A stretch of DNA of 32,000 nucleotides from Shimia aestuarii (GCF_022814865.1 NZ_JAKVRD010000003.1:1-32000); one strand, 5' to 3'; shown: positions 1 to 8,065, counted from the first letter of the stretch. Numbers and translations: made by a program. Notes: a model not told the origin generated them from the sequence alone.

Positions 1-47
1 CCCCTCGCCGCCCCAATCCCGTTAGGCTCTCCCCAAACGGAGGCCCC

Positions 48-533
48 ATGCCGAAACTGCTGATCGTCTATCATTCCCGCACCGGCGGAAGCCGTCAGAT
101 GGCGGAGGCCGCCTACGCGGCCGCCAAGGAGGAGGTCGACACGACCCTCCTCAGGGCCGAGGACGCGAACCCCGACGATCTCCTGTCTGCGGATGGCTAT
201 ATCTTCTGCGGCCCCGAGAACCTCGCAGCCCTGTCCGGCGCGATGAAGGAGTTCTTTGACCGCTGTTACTACCCGGTCTTGGGCCGCATCGAAGGCCGCC
301 CCTATGCGCTGATGATTTGTGCCGGCTCCGATGGTGAAAACGCCAAGCGCCAACTGGCCCGCATCGCCACCGGCTGGCGCCTCAAGGAAGTTCAGCCCGG
401 TTTCATCATCAACACCGCCGCCCAGACCCCCGAGGCCATCCTTGCCGAGAAAACCCTCCCCGAGGAGGCCCTCGCCCAATGCCGCGAGCTTGGTCAGGCG
501 CTCGGCGCGGGGCTGGCCATGGGCGCGTTCTGA
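48..533 (+). CDS. Flavodoxin-like / NAD(P)H-dependent FMN oxidoreductase family protein
   Basis: 161-aa ORF starting at ATG 48. N-terminal KLLIVYHSRTGGSRQMAE resembles the flavodoxin/WrbA-type FMN phosphate-binding loop. The 3' end overlaps the convergent neighbour by 40 nt. Family call is from motif memory only. Confidence 0.65.
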   Translation: MPKLLIVYHSRTGGSRQMAEAAYAAAKEEVDTTLLRAEDANPDDLLSADGYIFCGPENLAALSGAMKEFFDRCYYPVLGRIEGRPYALMICAGSDGENAKRQLARIATGWRLKEVQPGFIINTAAQTPEAILAEKTLPEEALAQCRELGQALGAGLAMGAF

Positions 534-1276
534 TCCGCCATCATATTTTCGCGCGCCACCACAAAAGTATGGATCGAAAATACCGCCACGCCCGTTTCCG
601 GCAGACGCAGGATGCTTTGCTTCTCGCACCTGAAATAGGGGCCGCTTTCGCCGGGTGAGACCCGCCTCGGCTCCTTGGCCGAGCGCGGTTGATGTAGCTC
701 TGGATCATCATACCAAAGCGCATTGAACCGCCACAGGGGCCGCTCCGGACGCACCCCGTCAAAGAGCCGCTGCACCCGCCGCGCAATATCCTCGGTATAC
801 TCGGGCACCGGCGCATGGATGCCGACGAGCGGCTGCAAGAACTTCTCCGCCAGCGTCCAGCTTGCCGGGAAACACAAGACCGCCCCGATCAACACATGCT
901 CTTCGCCGCGCTTTTCAAGCAGACAGAAATCCTCCTGCACAAGCCGCCCCAACGTGCCGAGAGGGTCGTCCCAATCAATCGCAACCCTTCGCCCATCCGG
1001 ACAGATGACCTGCGCCCCGGCCTCGATGAAATCCGCCCGCGCGTCCAACGCGGCCAACACGGTCTCAAGCAATTCCCGCGCCGCAGGACGCGCGCGCTCG
1101 TCCAGCGCAAGCACCGTCGCGCGCCGCCCCTCCAACAACGCCTCACGCCGCGCCATCTGCCCGTCATAGGCCTCGTCGATGACAATCCAATCCGTCGGCT
1201 CCAGCGGTGAAATCCCCGGCAAGCGCGCCTCGGACAGCGCCTCAAAGGGGATCGTCGTCTGTAATATCTCGCTCAT
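494..1276 (-). CDS. DUF3445 family protein (heme-dependent oxidative N-demethylase alpha-subunit-like)
   Basis: 260-aa ORF starting at ATG 1276. LGRLVQEDFCLLEK and CFPASW segments resemble the DUF3445 family as I remember it. Divergent from dddP across a 125-bp spacer. Confidence 0.55.
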   Translation of the reverse strand: MSEILQTTIPFEALSEARLPGISPLEPTDWIVIDEAYDGQMARREALLEGRRATVLALDERARPAARELLETVLAALDARADFIEAGAQVICPDGRRVAIDWDDPLGTLGRLVQEDFCLLEKRGEEHVLIGAVLCFPASWTLAEKFLQPLVGIHAPVPEYTEDIARRVQRLFDGVRPERPLWRFNALWYDDPELHQPRSAKEPRRVSPGESGPYFRCEKQSILRLPETGVAVFSIHTFVVARENMMADQNAPMASPAPSA

Positions 1277-1401
1277 GGTCCGGACCCTAGCACCGCCAAA
1301 ATCCGGTCACAGCCGAAAAAAGACATGAACCACGTCGCAAACGGATAGGATCGCCGGCAAATCGCGCGCCACCCTTCTCGCGACCCAGAGGAGGACTGGC
1401 C

Positions 1402-2745
1402 ATGCGCGATCATTACCGTGACATCCGCAAGATCGACCCGACCCAAGGCGAGCGCACGCGCGACAATACCCCGAACGACATGAACCGTGTCGAGATCGGC
1501 CCGACGCGCCTCGCGCTCGCAGAATGGGACGCGGCGGGGCTGGTGCTGCCCGATCTTCAGGCGATGCGCCGCTACCGCTGGGAACGGCTGACCAATCATA
1601 TCGTCGAGCGCGGCTATGCGGGCCTACTGATGTTCGACCCGCTCAACATCCGCTACGCCACCGACTCGACCAATATGCAGCTCTGGAACACCCATAACCC
1701 CTTCCGCGCCCTGCTCCTGTGCGCCGATGGCTACATGGTGATCTGGGACTACAAGAACTCGCCCTTCCTGTCGGAATTCAACCCGCTCGTGCGCGAAGCC
1801 CGTTCCGGTGCCGACCTGTTCTATTTCGACCGTGGCGACAAGATCGACATCGCCGCCGATACGTTCTCCAACGAGGTCCGCCAGATCCTCGCCGAACATA
1901 GCCCCGGCAACACGCGCCTCGCCGTCGACAAGATCATGATCCACGGGCTTCGCGCCCTCAAGGCGCAAGGCTTTGAGATCATGGAGGGCGAAGAAGTGAC
2001 CGAGAAGGCCCGCTCCGTCAAAGGCCCCGACGAAATCCTCGCCATGCGCTGCGCCTCGCATGCCTGCGAAACGGCGGTTGCCGCGATGGAACACGCCGCC
2101 CGCAGCGGCGTGCCGCGCGGCGAGATGAGCGAGGATGATATCTGGGCCGTGCTGCACGCCGAAAACATCCGCCGCGGCGGCGAATGGATCGAGACCCGCC
2201 TCCTGACTTCCGGCCCCCGCACCAACCCGTGGTTTCAGGAATGCGGCCCCCGCATTGTCCAGAACAACGAGATCGTCGCCTTCGATACCGATCTCGTCGG
2301 CTCTTATGGCATCTGCGTCGACATCTCGCGCACATGGTGGATCGGGGATCAGGCCCCCCGCCCCGACATGATCTATGCCATGCAACATGCCCATGAGCAC
2401 ATCATGACCAACATGGAGCTTCTGAAACCCGGCGTGAACATGCAAGACATCTCCCGCGCCTGTCACCGCCTCGACGACCAGTTTCAGGATCAGAAATACG
2501 GCTGCATGATGCATGGGGTGGGCCTGTGCGATGAATGGCCCCTGATCGCCTATCCCGACCGCATGGTCGAAGGCGCGTTCGATTACGAGTTGGAGCCCGG
2601 AATGGTGCTCTGCGTCGAGGTGCTCGCCGGCGCCGTGGGCGGCGACTTCTCGATCAAACTCGAGGATCAAGTGCTGATTACCGAGACCGGCCACGAGAAC
2701 CTGACGCAATACCCGTTCGATCCCCGTCTCATGGGCGATGCCTAG
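1402..2745 (+). CDS. dddP: Dimethylsulfoniopropionate (DMSP) lyase DddP, M24 metallopeptidase fold
   Basis: 447 aa. Close colinear resemblance from residue 1 to roseobacter DddP as I recall it (RKIDP..., DNTPND, MFDPLNIRYATDSTNMQLWNTHNPFRA, ETRLLTSGPRTNPWFQECGPRI). M24 pita-bread metal-ligand motifs are visible (FDTDL, CVDISR, MHGVG, CVE, KLEDQ). SD GAGGAGG at 1389-1395. Confidence 0.85.
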   Translation: MRDHYRDIRKIDPTQGERTRDNTPNDMNRVEIGPTRLALAEWDAAGLVLPDLQAMRRYRWERLTNHIVERGYAGLLMFDPLNIRYATDSTNMQLWNTHNPFRALLLCADGYMVIWDYKNSPFLSEFNPLVREARSGADLFYFDRGDKIDIAADTFSNEVRQILAEHSPGNTRLAVDKIMIHGLRALKAQGFEIMEGEEVTEKARSVKGPDEILAMRCASHACETAVAAMEHAARSGVPRGEMSEDDIWAVLHAENIRRGGEWIETRLLTSGPRTNPWFQECGPRIVQNNEIVAFDTDLVGSYGICVDISRTWWIGDQAPRPDMIYAMQHAHEHIMTNMELLKPGVNMQDISRACHRLDDQFQDQKYGCMMHGVGLCDEWPLIAYPDRMVEGAFDYELEPGMVLCVEVLAGAVGGDFSIKLEDQVLITETGHENLTQYPFDPRLMGDA

Positions 2746-2799
2746 CCGGGTGGCGGTCACCTTCTGGCAAACTCTGTGAACCAAAGCGGGCGTTTCGGC

Positions 2800-2841
2800 G
2801 CACCGACGCAATACCGACGTGATACCGACGCGATACAGATC
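2800..2841 (+). repeat. Four direct repeats phased at 11 bp (gCACCGACG / ATACCGACG / ATACCGACG / ATACAGATc), copy A of a dispersed element
   Basis: Unit starts at 2800, 2811, 2822 and 2833, exactly 11 bp apart. Shares a 13-bp string (gcaataccgacgt) and a 14-bp string (gacgcgatacagat) with the array at 27793-27834. Confidence 0.85.
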
Positions 2842-2964
2842 GCCGCAGAACGCCTTTTTTGCAGGTCTTTCGCCACCGTGCGCGCCCGGCACCTTGCCCA
2901 CAGGCCCCCTTCGGTCTAAACCGCGCGCAACAGGTCCACGCACACAATACGGAAAGCCCGAGAC

Positions 2965-4266
2965 ATGATCCCTCGCTATGCCCGCCCCGAAATGGTCGCC
3001 ATCTGGTCGCCGGAAACCAAGTTCAAAATCTGGTACGAGATCGAGGCCCACGCCTGCGACGCACAGGCCGCGCTTGGCGTGATCCCGAAGGAAAACGCCG
3101 AGGCCGTCTGGAAAGCCAAGGACGTGGAATTCGACGTCGCCCGGATCGACGAGATCGAAGCCGTGACCAAGCATGACGTGATCGCCTTCCTCACCCATCT
3201 CGCCGAACATGTCGGCAGCGAAGAGGCCCGCTTTGTCCATCAGGGCATGACCTCCTCGGACGTGCTCGACACCTGCCTCAATGTGCAGCTGGTGCGCGCC
3301 GCCGACATCCTGCTCGCCGATCTCGACAAGGTGCTCGCCGCCCTCAAGACCCGCGCCATGGAACACAAGATGACGGTCCGCGTCGGCCGCTCCCACGGCA
3401 TCCACGCCGAACCGACCACCATGGGCCTCACCTTCGCGCGTTTCTATGCCGAAATGGACCGCAACAAGGCGCGCCTGCAACAAGCCCGCGACGAGGTTGC
3501 CACCGGCGCGATCTCCGGCGCAGTCGGCACGTTTGCCAACATCGACCCGGCGGTCGAAGAACACGTCTGCAAGGAAATGGGCCTCTCGCCCGAGCCGATC
3601 TCGACGCAAGTGATCCCGCGCGACCGCCACGCCATGTTCTTTGCCGTGCTCGGCGTCATCGCATCCTCGATCGAGAATATCGCCATCGAAATCCGCCACA
3701 TGCAGCGCACCGAAGTCCTTGAAGGCGCAGAGTTTTTCTCGATGGGCCAGAAAGGCTCTTCGGCGATGCCGCACAAGAAGAACCCGGTTCTGACCGAGAA
3801 CCTCACCGGCCTTGCCCGCCTCGTGCGGATGACGGTGATCCCGGCGATGGAGAACGTCGCCCTCTGGCACGAACGTGACATCTCGCACTCCTCGGTCGAG
3901 CGCGGCATTGGCCCGGACGCCACCGTGACGCTCGACTTCGCGCTGAACCGCCTTGCCGGTGTGGTCGAGAAGATGCTGATCTTCCCCGAGAACATGCTCG
4001 ACAACATGAACAAATTCCCGGGCCTCGTCATGTCACAGCGCGTCCTCCTTGCCCTGACCCAAGCCGGCGTGAGCCGCGAAGACGCCTATTCCATGGTTCA
4101 GCGTAACGCCCTCAAGGTCTGGGAAGAGCGCGTCGATTTCCAAGAGCAACTGCTCGCGGATGAGGACGTGGTGAAGGCGCTCGGTGTCGATGGCATCAAG
4201 GCGAAATTCGACATGGACTATCATACGAAACACGTCGATACGATCTTCAAGCGCGTGTTCGGCTAA
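2965..4266 (+). CDS. purB: Adenylosuccinate lyase
   Basis: 433 aa. MIPRYARPEM..IWSPE N-terminus and the fumarate-lyase signature GSSAMPHKKNP are typical of PurB. Confidence 0.95.
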   Translation: MIPRYARPEMVAIWSPETKFKIWYEIEAHACDAQAALGVIPKENAEAVWKAKDVEFDVARIDEIEAVTKHDVIAFLTHLAEHVGSEEARFVHQGMTSSDVLDTCLNVQLVRAADILLADLDKVLAALKTRAMEHKMTVRVGRSHGIHAEPTTMGLTFARFYAEMDRNKARLQQARDEVATGAISGAVGTFANIDPAVEEHVCKEMGLSPEPISTQVIPRDRHAMFFAVLGVIASSIENIAIEIRHMQRTEVLEGAEFFSMGQKGSSAMPHKKNPVLTENLTGLARLVRMTVIPAMENVALWHERDISHSSVERGIGPDATVTLDFALNRLAGVVEKMLIFPENMLDNMNKFPGLVMSQRVLLALTQAGVSREDAYSMVQRNALKVWEERVDFQEQLLADEDVVKALGVDGIKAKFDMDYHTKHVDTIFKRVFG

Positions 4267-4293
4267 GCCCGACAGACGTCACTGAACAACAAG

Positions 4294-4321
4294 GCCGACC
4301 TGTCCCGCAGGTCGGCTTTTT
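4294..4321 (+). terminator. Rho-independent terminator of purB
   Basis: 9-bp perfect stem gccgacctg (4294-4302) / caggtcggc (4308-4316), 5-nt loop, then TTTTT (4317-4321). Lies 28 nt after the purB stop. Confidence 0.8.
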
Positions 4322-4327
4322 CATGCC

Positions 4328-5080
4328 TCATGCGGGGCGAAGACCTTCGGGCAGGAACTTGGCGTCCCAGTCCTGCATCCGCGCCGCATTGCCCTTCTCC
4401 ATCGCCTCTGCGAAGGGCGCGCCGCGTTTTCCGAACACATGCGCCAAGAGGATCTTGGGCGCATCGACCATCTCGGCCCGCGCCATCTCGGCATCGGTCG
4501 CGCCGCGATGCAAACCGCGAATATCCATCATCACCACGTCGCCCGCCTTGATGTCGAGCTGTGTATCCCGCTGCGCCCGCGCCAATTCGTCCAGCGCCGC
4601 ATCGTCAAGCGGCGACGGCGCGCGATGCGATCCTTTCACAAACCGCAAGCTCTTGCCATCTTGCAAGTAAATCAAAGCCTTGAGGCACTCTCCTCGTGTC
4701 GATGCCCACGGGTCCACACCGTCCAGAAACCGCGCATAGGGCCCGCGCAGCAAATCCGTATGCCAGTGTTGAGAGCGATTGATCGTGATATCGCTCAGCC
4801 CGATGGGCGCGTATGCTCCCGGACCAAAATAAGCATCGAGGAACCCGTTGATTGCATCGCAGTGCTGAAACGCCTGATCCACCCCGGCAAAGGCGTCGAA
4901 GCGGTGAAACCCGGCAAGGTGCTGCGAGTGGTCGATGTCGCGCGTCTGGCCCATGAGGCCACGTTGCCTAAGGCAGGTGTCGCGCAGCGCTGCGATCTTC
5001 TCCGCATCAAGCGCCCCGCTCAGAACACACACGCCCTCCGCATCAAGTTCTGCAACTTGTGCCCCTGCGTCTTGCAACAT
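4328..5080 (-). CDS. Phytanoyl-CoA dioxygenase (PhyH)-like Fe(II)/2-oxoglutarate oxygenase
   Basis: About 250 aa. HWHTD (HxD) plus a downstream His (RGLHRG) fits a 2-His-1-carboxylate triad in a PhyH-like arrangement. The ORF-track start at 5083 is GTG; the adjacent ATG at 5080 is the more likely start. Confidence 0.65.
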   Translation of the reverse strand: MLQDAGAQVAELDAEGVCVLSGALDAEKIAALRDTCLRQRGLMGQTRDIDHSQHLAGFHRFDAFAGVDQAFQHCDAINGFLDAYFGPGAYAPIGLSDITINRSQHWHTDLLRGPYARFLDGVDPWASTRGECLKALIYLQDGKSLRFVKGSHRAPSPLDDAALDELARAQRDTQLDIKAGDVVMMDIRGLHRGATDAEMARAEMVDAPKILLAHVFGKRGAPFAEAMEKGNAARMQDWDAKFLPEGLRPA

Positions 5081-5156
5081 CACCGTCTAACCCCTTCTTG
5101 TCACATTGAAATTCGCACCTGCGAAAACGAAACCCGACCACAGTCCAGCGCCTGGT

Positions 5157-5912
5157 TCAAGGCAAGATCTTTGATCTCAGCCGCGTCACAATCCCCGGCT
5201 CGCTCCAAAGCCGTCCGGACTCCCAGATTTTCACGTAGTGATTGGAATGCCCCTTCACCATCTCGTCGATACAGCAATCGCGGTCCTTGTTGCGGATGGC
5301 GACGATCTCGCCACCAGGTAGGATCTTGGCGATCTGATTGCGCCCGCCTGCGTCCTTGCCAAGCGACCGCGAGTCCCCGAACGCCACACGCGGCCAATCC
5401 TCGCCTTCGCAAAGCACCCGGCCGAACATGAACGGCCCCGTCGGATCTAGCGGATGCTGCCCGTAATAGAGCGCCTTGTGATGCGCCACGATCCGATCAA
5501 TGGCTCGGGCAAGCTGCGGCGCGCCCGCGCGGGCACAGATCATGCCATTGCTCGTCGCCCAAGACGGATGCCCCGCGATATCTCGAAAGGCGATCATATC
5601 CTTGTCCTTCGGAAGCGCCATGGGACGCAGATGAAAATAGGACAAATCCGAATACACCCCGCCATAGTGATACAGCAGGCAAAGCCGGGCGAGATCGGCC
5701 TTGAAGGCAAACGCCGTCAGCGCCGTATAGGCTTCGAGAACCTCCTTTGGGTACTCATCCGCCAGAAACTGAAGCAACTCTTCCTCGCCATAGCGCACAT
5801 AGTCCGCCTCTGGATAGGTCGCCTTGAGCGAGACGATATTGCGATTGAGGTCGGGCGAGAACCTGTCTTCCGTGACGGGTTTGTCCGAGATCAGAATTTG
5901 AAAGACCCGCAT
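5157..5912 (-). CDS. Glycosyltransferase, DXD sugar-binding-region family (OCH1/Gly_transf_sug-like)
   Basis: 251 aa from ATG 5912, preceded by an AGGGAAG SD; the 25-codon upstream extension in the track is unlikely. KADLARLCLLYHYGGVYSDLS matches the family motif (aDllR...GGiYlDlD), except that the second Asp is Ser. Confidence 0.6.
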   Translation of the reverse strand: MRVFQILISDKPVTEDRFSPDLNRNIVSLKATYPEADYVRYGEEELLQFLADEYPKEVLEAYTALTAFAFKADLARLCLLYHYGGVYSDLSYFHLRPMALPKDKDMIAFRDIAGHPSWATSNGMICARAGAPQLARAIDRIVAHHKALYYGQHPLDPTGPFMFGRVLCEGEDWPRVAFGDSRSLGKDAGGRNQIAKILPGGEIVAIRNKDRDCCIDEMVKGHSNHYVKIWESGRLWSEPGIVTRLRSKILP

Positions 5913-6086
5913 ATGTCTTCCCTTTCTTGCCGTCGAACCCAAAAGGCCCGCAGCCCCACTATGCCGGGCGCAGACCCGGCAATGCAACTCGGTGACGGGA
6001 TTGGTTCTGACGGAAATGTGAAACGCCCCGACTGGCCCGCCCCAAGCGGCCCGCTACATGCGCAATAATATTCACAGGAGACTCCG

Positions 6087-6272
6087 ATGACACGCCTTGC
6101 CCTGATTGCCACGCTTGCCAGCCTCCCCGCCATCGCCCAGGCCCAATTGCTGCCCAAGGGCCATTTCAGCACTTTGACGATCTTCTCGGATGAGAACCGT
6201 GAGAACTGTAATGATGGCTACTACTGGGATGCCGAAGAGAAAACCTGCGTCGCAGATACCCTGCGCCGGTAG
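6087..6272 (+). CDS. Small secreted protein (61 aa) with a C-x2-G-x2-WD-x3-K-x-CVA motif
   Basis: AGGAG SD 6 nt upstream of the ATG. Signal peptide MTRLALIATLASLPAIAQA|Q. The Cys motif and the upstream tcacagga RBS region are both shared with the next gene. Confidence 0.5.
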   Translation: MTRLALIATLASLPAIAQAQLLPKGHFSTLTIFSDENRENCNDGYYWDAEEKTCVADTLRR

Positions 6273-6355
6273 CTTTTCCCCGCGAAGCGTCCTCGCTTGA
6301 CGTCGCTCTACGCCCCCAAATAGCATCCCAACATCCCTCTCTCACAGGACACCCC

Positions 6356-6898
6356 ATGCTACACAAATCCCTAGTGATCGCCGCAACCTGTCTTGCACTT
6401 CCCATGGCCGCCCTTGCCGCAGGCTCCGACAGTTTCTCGCCGCCAAAGCCAACGCAGACCACGAAGGACTGCAAGAAAGGCGAGGTCTGGGATCCTGCCA
6501 AGAAGAAATGCGTCGCGCCGCGTGAATCGCGCCTCTCTGATGATGTGCTCTATGGTGCGGTGCGCGAATATGCTTACGCCGGGCAATATGAGACCGCCCA
6601 AGCGATCCTTGCCGCGATGTCCGACCAAAGCGATGATCGCGTCCTGACCTATTGGGGCTTTACGCACCGCAAACTTGGCAACCGCGCGCTTGGTATGAGC
6701 TTCTACAACAAGGCGCTCAAGACCAATCCCGATAACCTTCTGGTGCGCTCTTATATGGGGCAATCCTTTGTCGAGTCTGGCCAGATCTCCTTCGCCAAGG
6801 CGCAACTGCGCGAAATCCGCGCCCGTGGCGGGCAAGATACATGGGCTGAGACCGCCCTCGCCACGGCGATCCGCTCAGGTTCGACCTACAGCTACTAA
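6356..6898 (+). CDS. Secreted TPR-like repeat protein
   Basis: 180 aa. Signal peptide MLHKSLVIAATCLALPMAALA|AG. Helical repeat segments (YAYAGQYETAQAIL, LGMSFYNKALKTNPDN, MGQSFVESGQISFAKAQL) look TPR-like. Confidence 0.6.
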   Translation: MLHKSLVIAATCLALPMAALAAGSDSFSPPKPTQTTKDCKKGEVWDPAKKKCVAPRESRLSDDVLYGAVREYAYAGQYETAQAILAAMSDQSDDRVLTYWGFTHRKLGNRALGMSFYNKALKTNPDNLLVRSYMGQSFVESGQISFAKAQLREIRARGGQDTWAETALATAIRSGSTYSY

Positions 6899-6952
6899 GG
6901 GTTTCTTCACCCTTGGTGGGTTAACTGCCTCCGACCGGAAAGGAGGTAGCCC

Positions 6953-8026
6953 ATGCCGAGTGAGACCGCACCAATTCCCCTGGCCGCCCCGCGGCCGGGC
7001 GCCCTCCCTTCTGCCCACCTCTCCCGCCGCCAGAAAGCCGCGATCATCGTGCGCTTCCTGCTGAACGAAGGCGCCGATGTCTCGCTCTCCGACCTCCCCG
7101 ACGATATGCAGGCCGACCTGACCAAACTCATGGGCGACATGCGCTATATCGACCGCGAAACGCTGGCCGAGGTGGTGCTTGAATTTGCGGGCGAGTTGGA
7201 GGCCGTGGGCCTAACCTTTCCTGCCGGGATCGGCGGGGCGCTCTCTGCGCTTGAAGGGCGGATCTCACCGTTGACCGCCGCGCGCCTTCGCAAAGAGGCC
7301 GGGGTGCGGCAGGCGGGCGATCCCTGGCAACGGCTGCGGGCGCTCTCTACGGAGCAACTGACCGAAATATGCGACCGGGAGAGCACAGAAGTCGCCGCCG
7401 TCATGCTGGCCAAGCTCGACGTGAGCCGCGCCGCCGAACTTCTCGGAGAATTGCCCGGCGAGAAGGCCCGCCGCATCACCTATGCCATGTCCCTCACCGG
7501 CGCCGTGACCCCGGACGCGGTGGACCGGATTGGCCTCTCGCTCGTCGCGCAACTTGACGACACACCGCCCCGCGCCTTCGCTGACGATCCTTCTTCGCGC
7601 GTCGGCGCGATCCTGAACTACTCCCGTTCAACAACCCGCGATGACGTGCTTACTGGCCTAGACGAGGCCGACGCCGCCTTTGCCGAGGCCGTGCGCAAGG
7701 CGATCTTCACCTTCCCTGACATCCCCGCTCGGCTCAGTCCGCGCGATGTGCCCCGCGTGATCCGCGACGTGGATCAGGCCCGCCTCATCGCCGCCCTTGG
7801 GGCGGCCATTGCCCCCGAAACGTCGCCGGTCGCCGCCTTTCTCCTCGACAACATGTCGAGCCGAATGGCCGATCAACTGCGCGAAGAGGTTGAAGAGCGC
7901 GGCCGCGTCCCGCCGCCCGAGGGCGAAGCCGCCATGGCCGAAATCGTCGGCGCGATCCGTGCTCTGGCAGATGCGGGCGAGATCACGCTGCGCAACCCCG
8001 ACGACGAGGACGCCGACACCGCTTAA
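6953..8026 (+). CDS. fliG: FliG-like flagellar motor switch protein homolog (orphan)
   Basis: 357 aa. The C-terminal DNMSSRMADQLREEVEERGRVPPPEGEAAMAEIVGAIRALADAGEI matches the FliG_C signature (MSxRaAxxLrEdxExxGpV...eaAqxeIv...R.L...GEI). Strong SD AAGGAGG at 6940-6946. No other flagellar genes in the window. Confidence 0.7.
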   Translation: MPSETAPIPLAAPRPGALPSAHLSRRQKAAIIVRFLLNEGADVSLSDLPDDMQADLTKLMGDMRYIDRETLAEVVLEFAGELEAVGLTFPAGIGGALSALEGRISPLTAARLRKEAGVRQAGDPWQRLRALSTEQLTEICDRESTEVAAVMLAKLDVSRAAELLGELPGEKARRITYAMSLTGAVTPDAVDRIGLSLVAQLDDTPPRAFADDPSSRVGAILNYSRSTTRDDVLTGLDEADAAFAEAVRKAIFTFPDIPARLSPRDVPRVIRDVDQARLIAALGAAIAPETSPVAAFLLDNMSSRMADQLREEVEERGRVPPPEGEAAMAEIVGAIRALADAGEITLRNPDDEDADTA

Positions 8027-8065
8027 CAGTTTACAGGCCGCGCGCCCCGGCATAGGGAAGAGGCC

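Noticed and set aside
494-533. 40-nt convergent overlap of the flavodoxin-like and DUF3445 genes as a sign of a frameshift or mis-called stop
   Set aside because: Both frames read through cleanly to their stops, and I saw no sign of disruption. Short convergent overlaps are not unusual in compact genomes. The C-terminal tails are simply unverified.
2800-2841. The tandem repeats considered as a CRISPR array or as iterons of a plasmid origin
   Set aside because: The units are 9 bp with 2-bp spacers and only four units per locus. There are no cas genes, so this is not CRISPR. There are no rep, par or dnaA-box context or AT-rich unwinding region nearby, so an origin is not supported. It is kept as an unexplained repeat finding.
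1624-3888. 754-aa minus-strand ORF spanning dddP, the intergenic repeat and purB
   Set aside because: It is antisense to two confidently identified genes and crosses an intergenic region. Its composition is Gly/Ala/Arg/Asp/His-rich and low in complexity, typical of shadow ORFs in high-GC DNA. No recognisable motifs.
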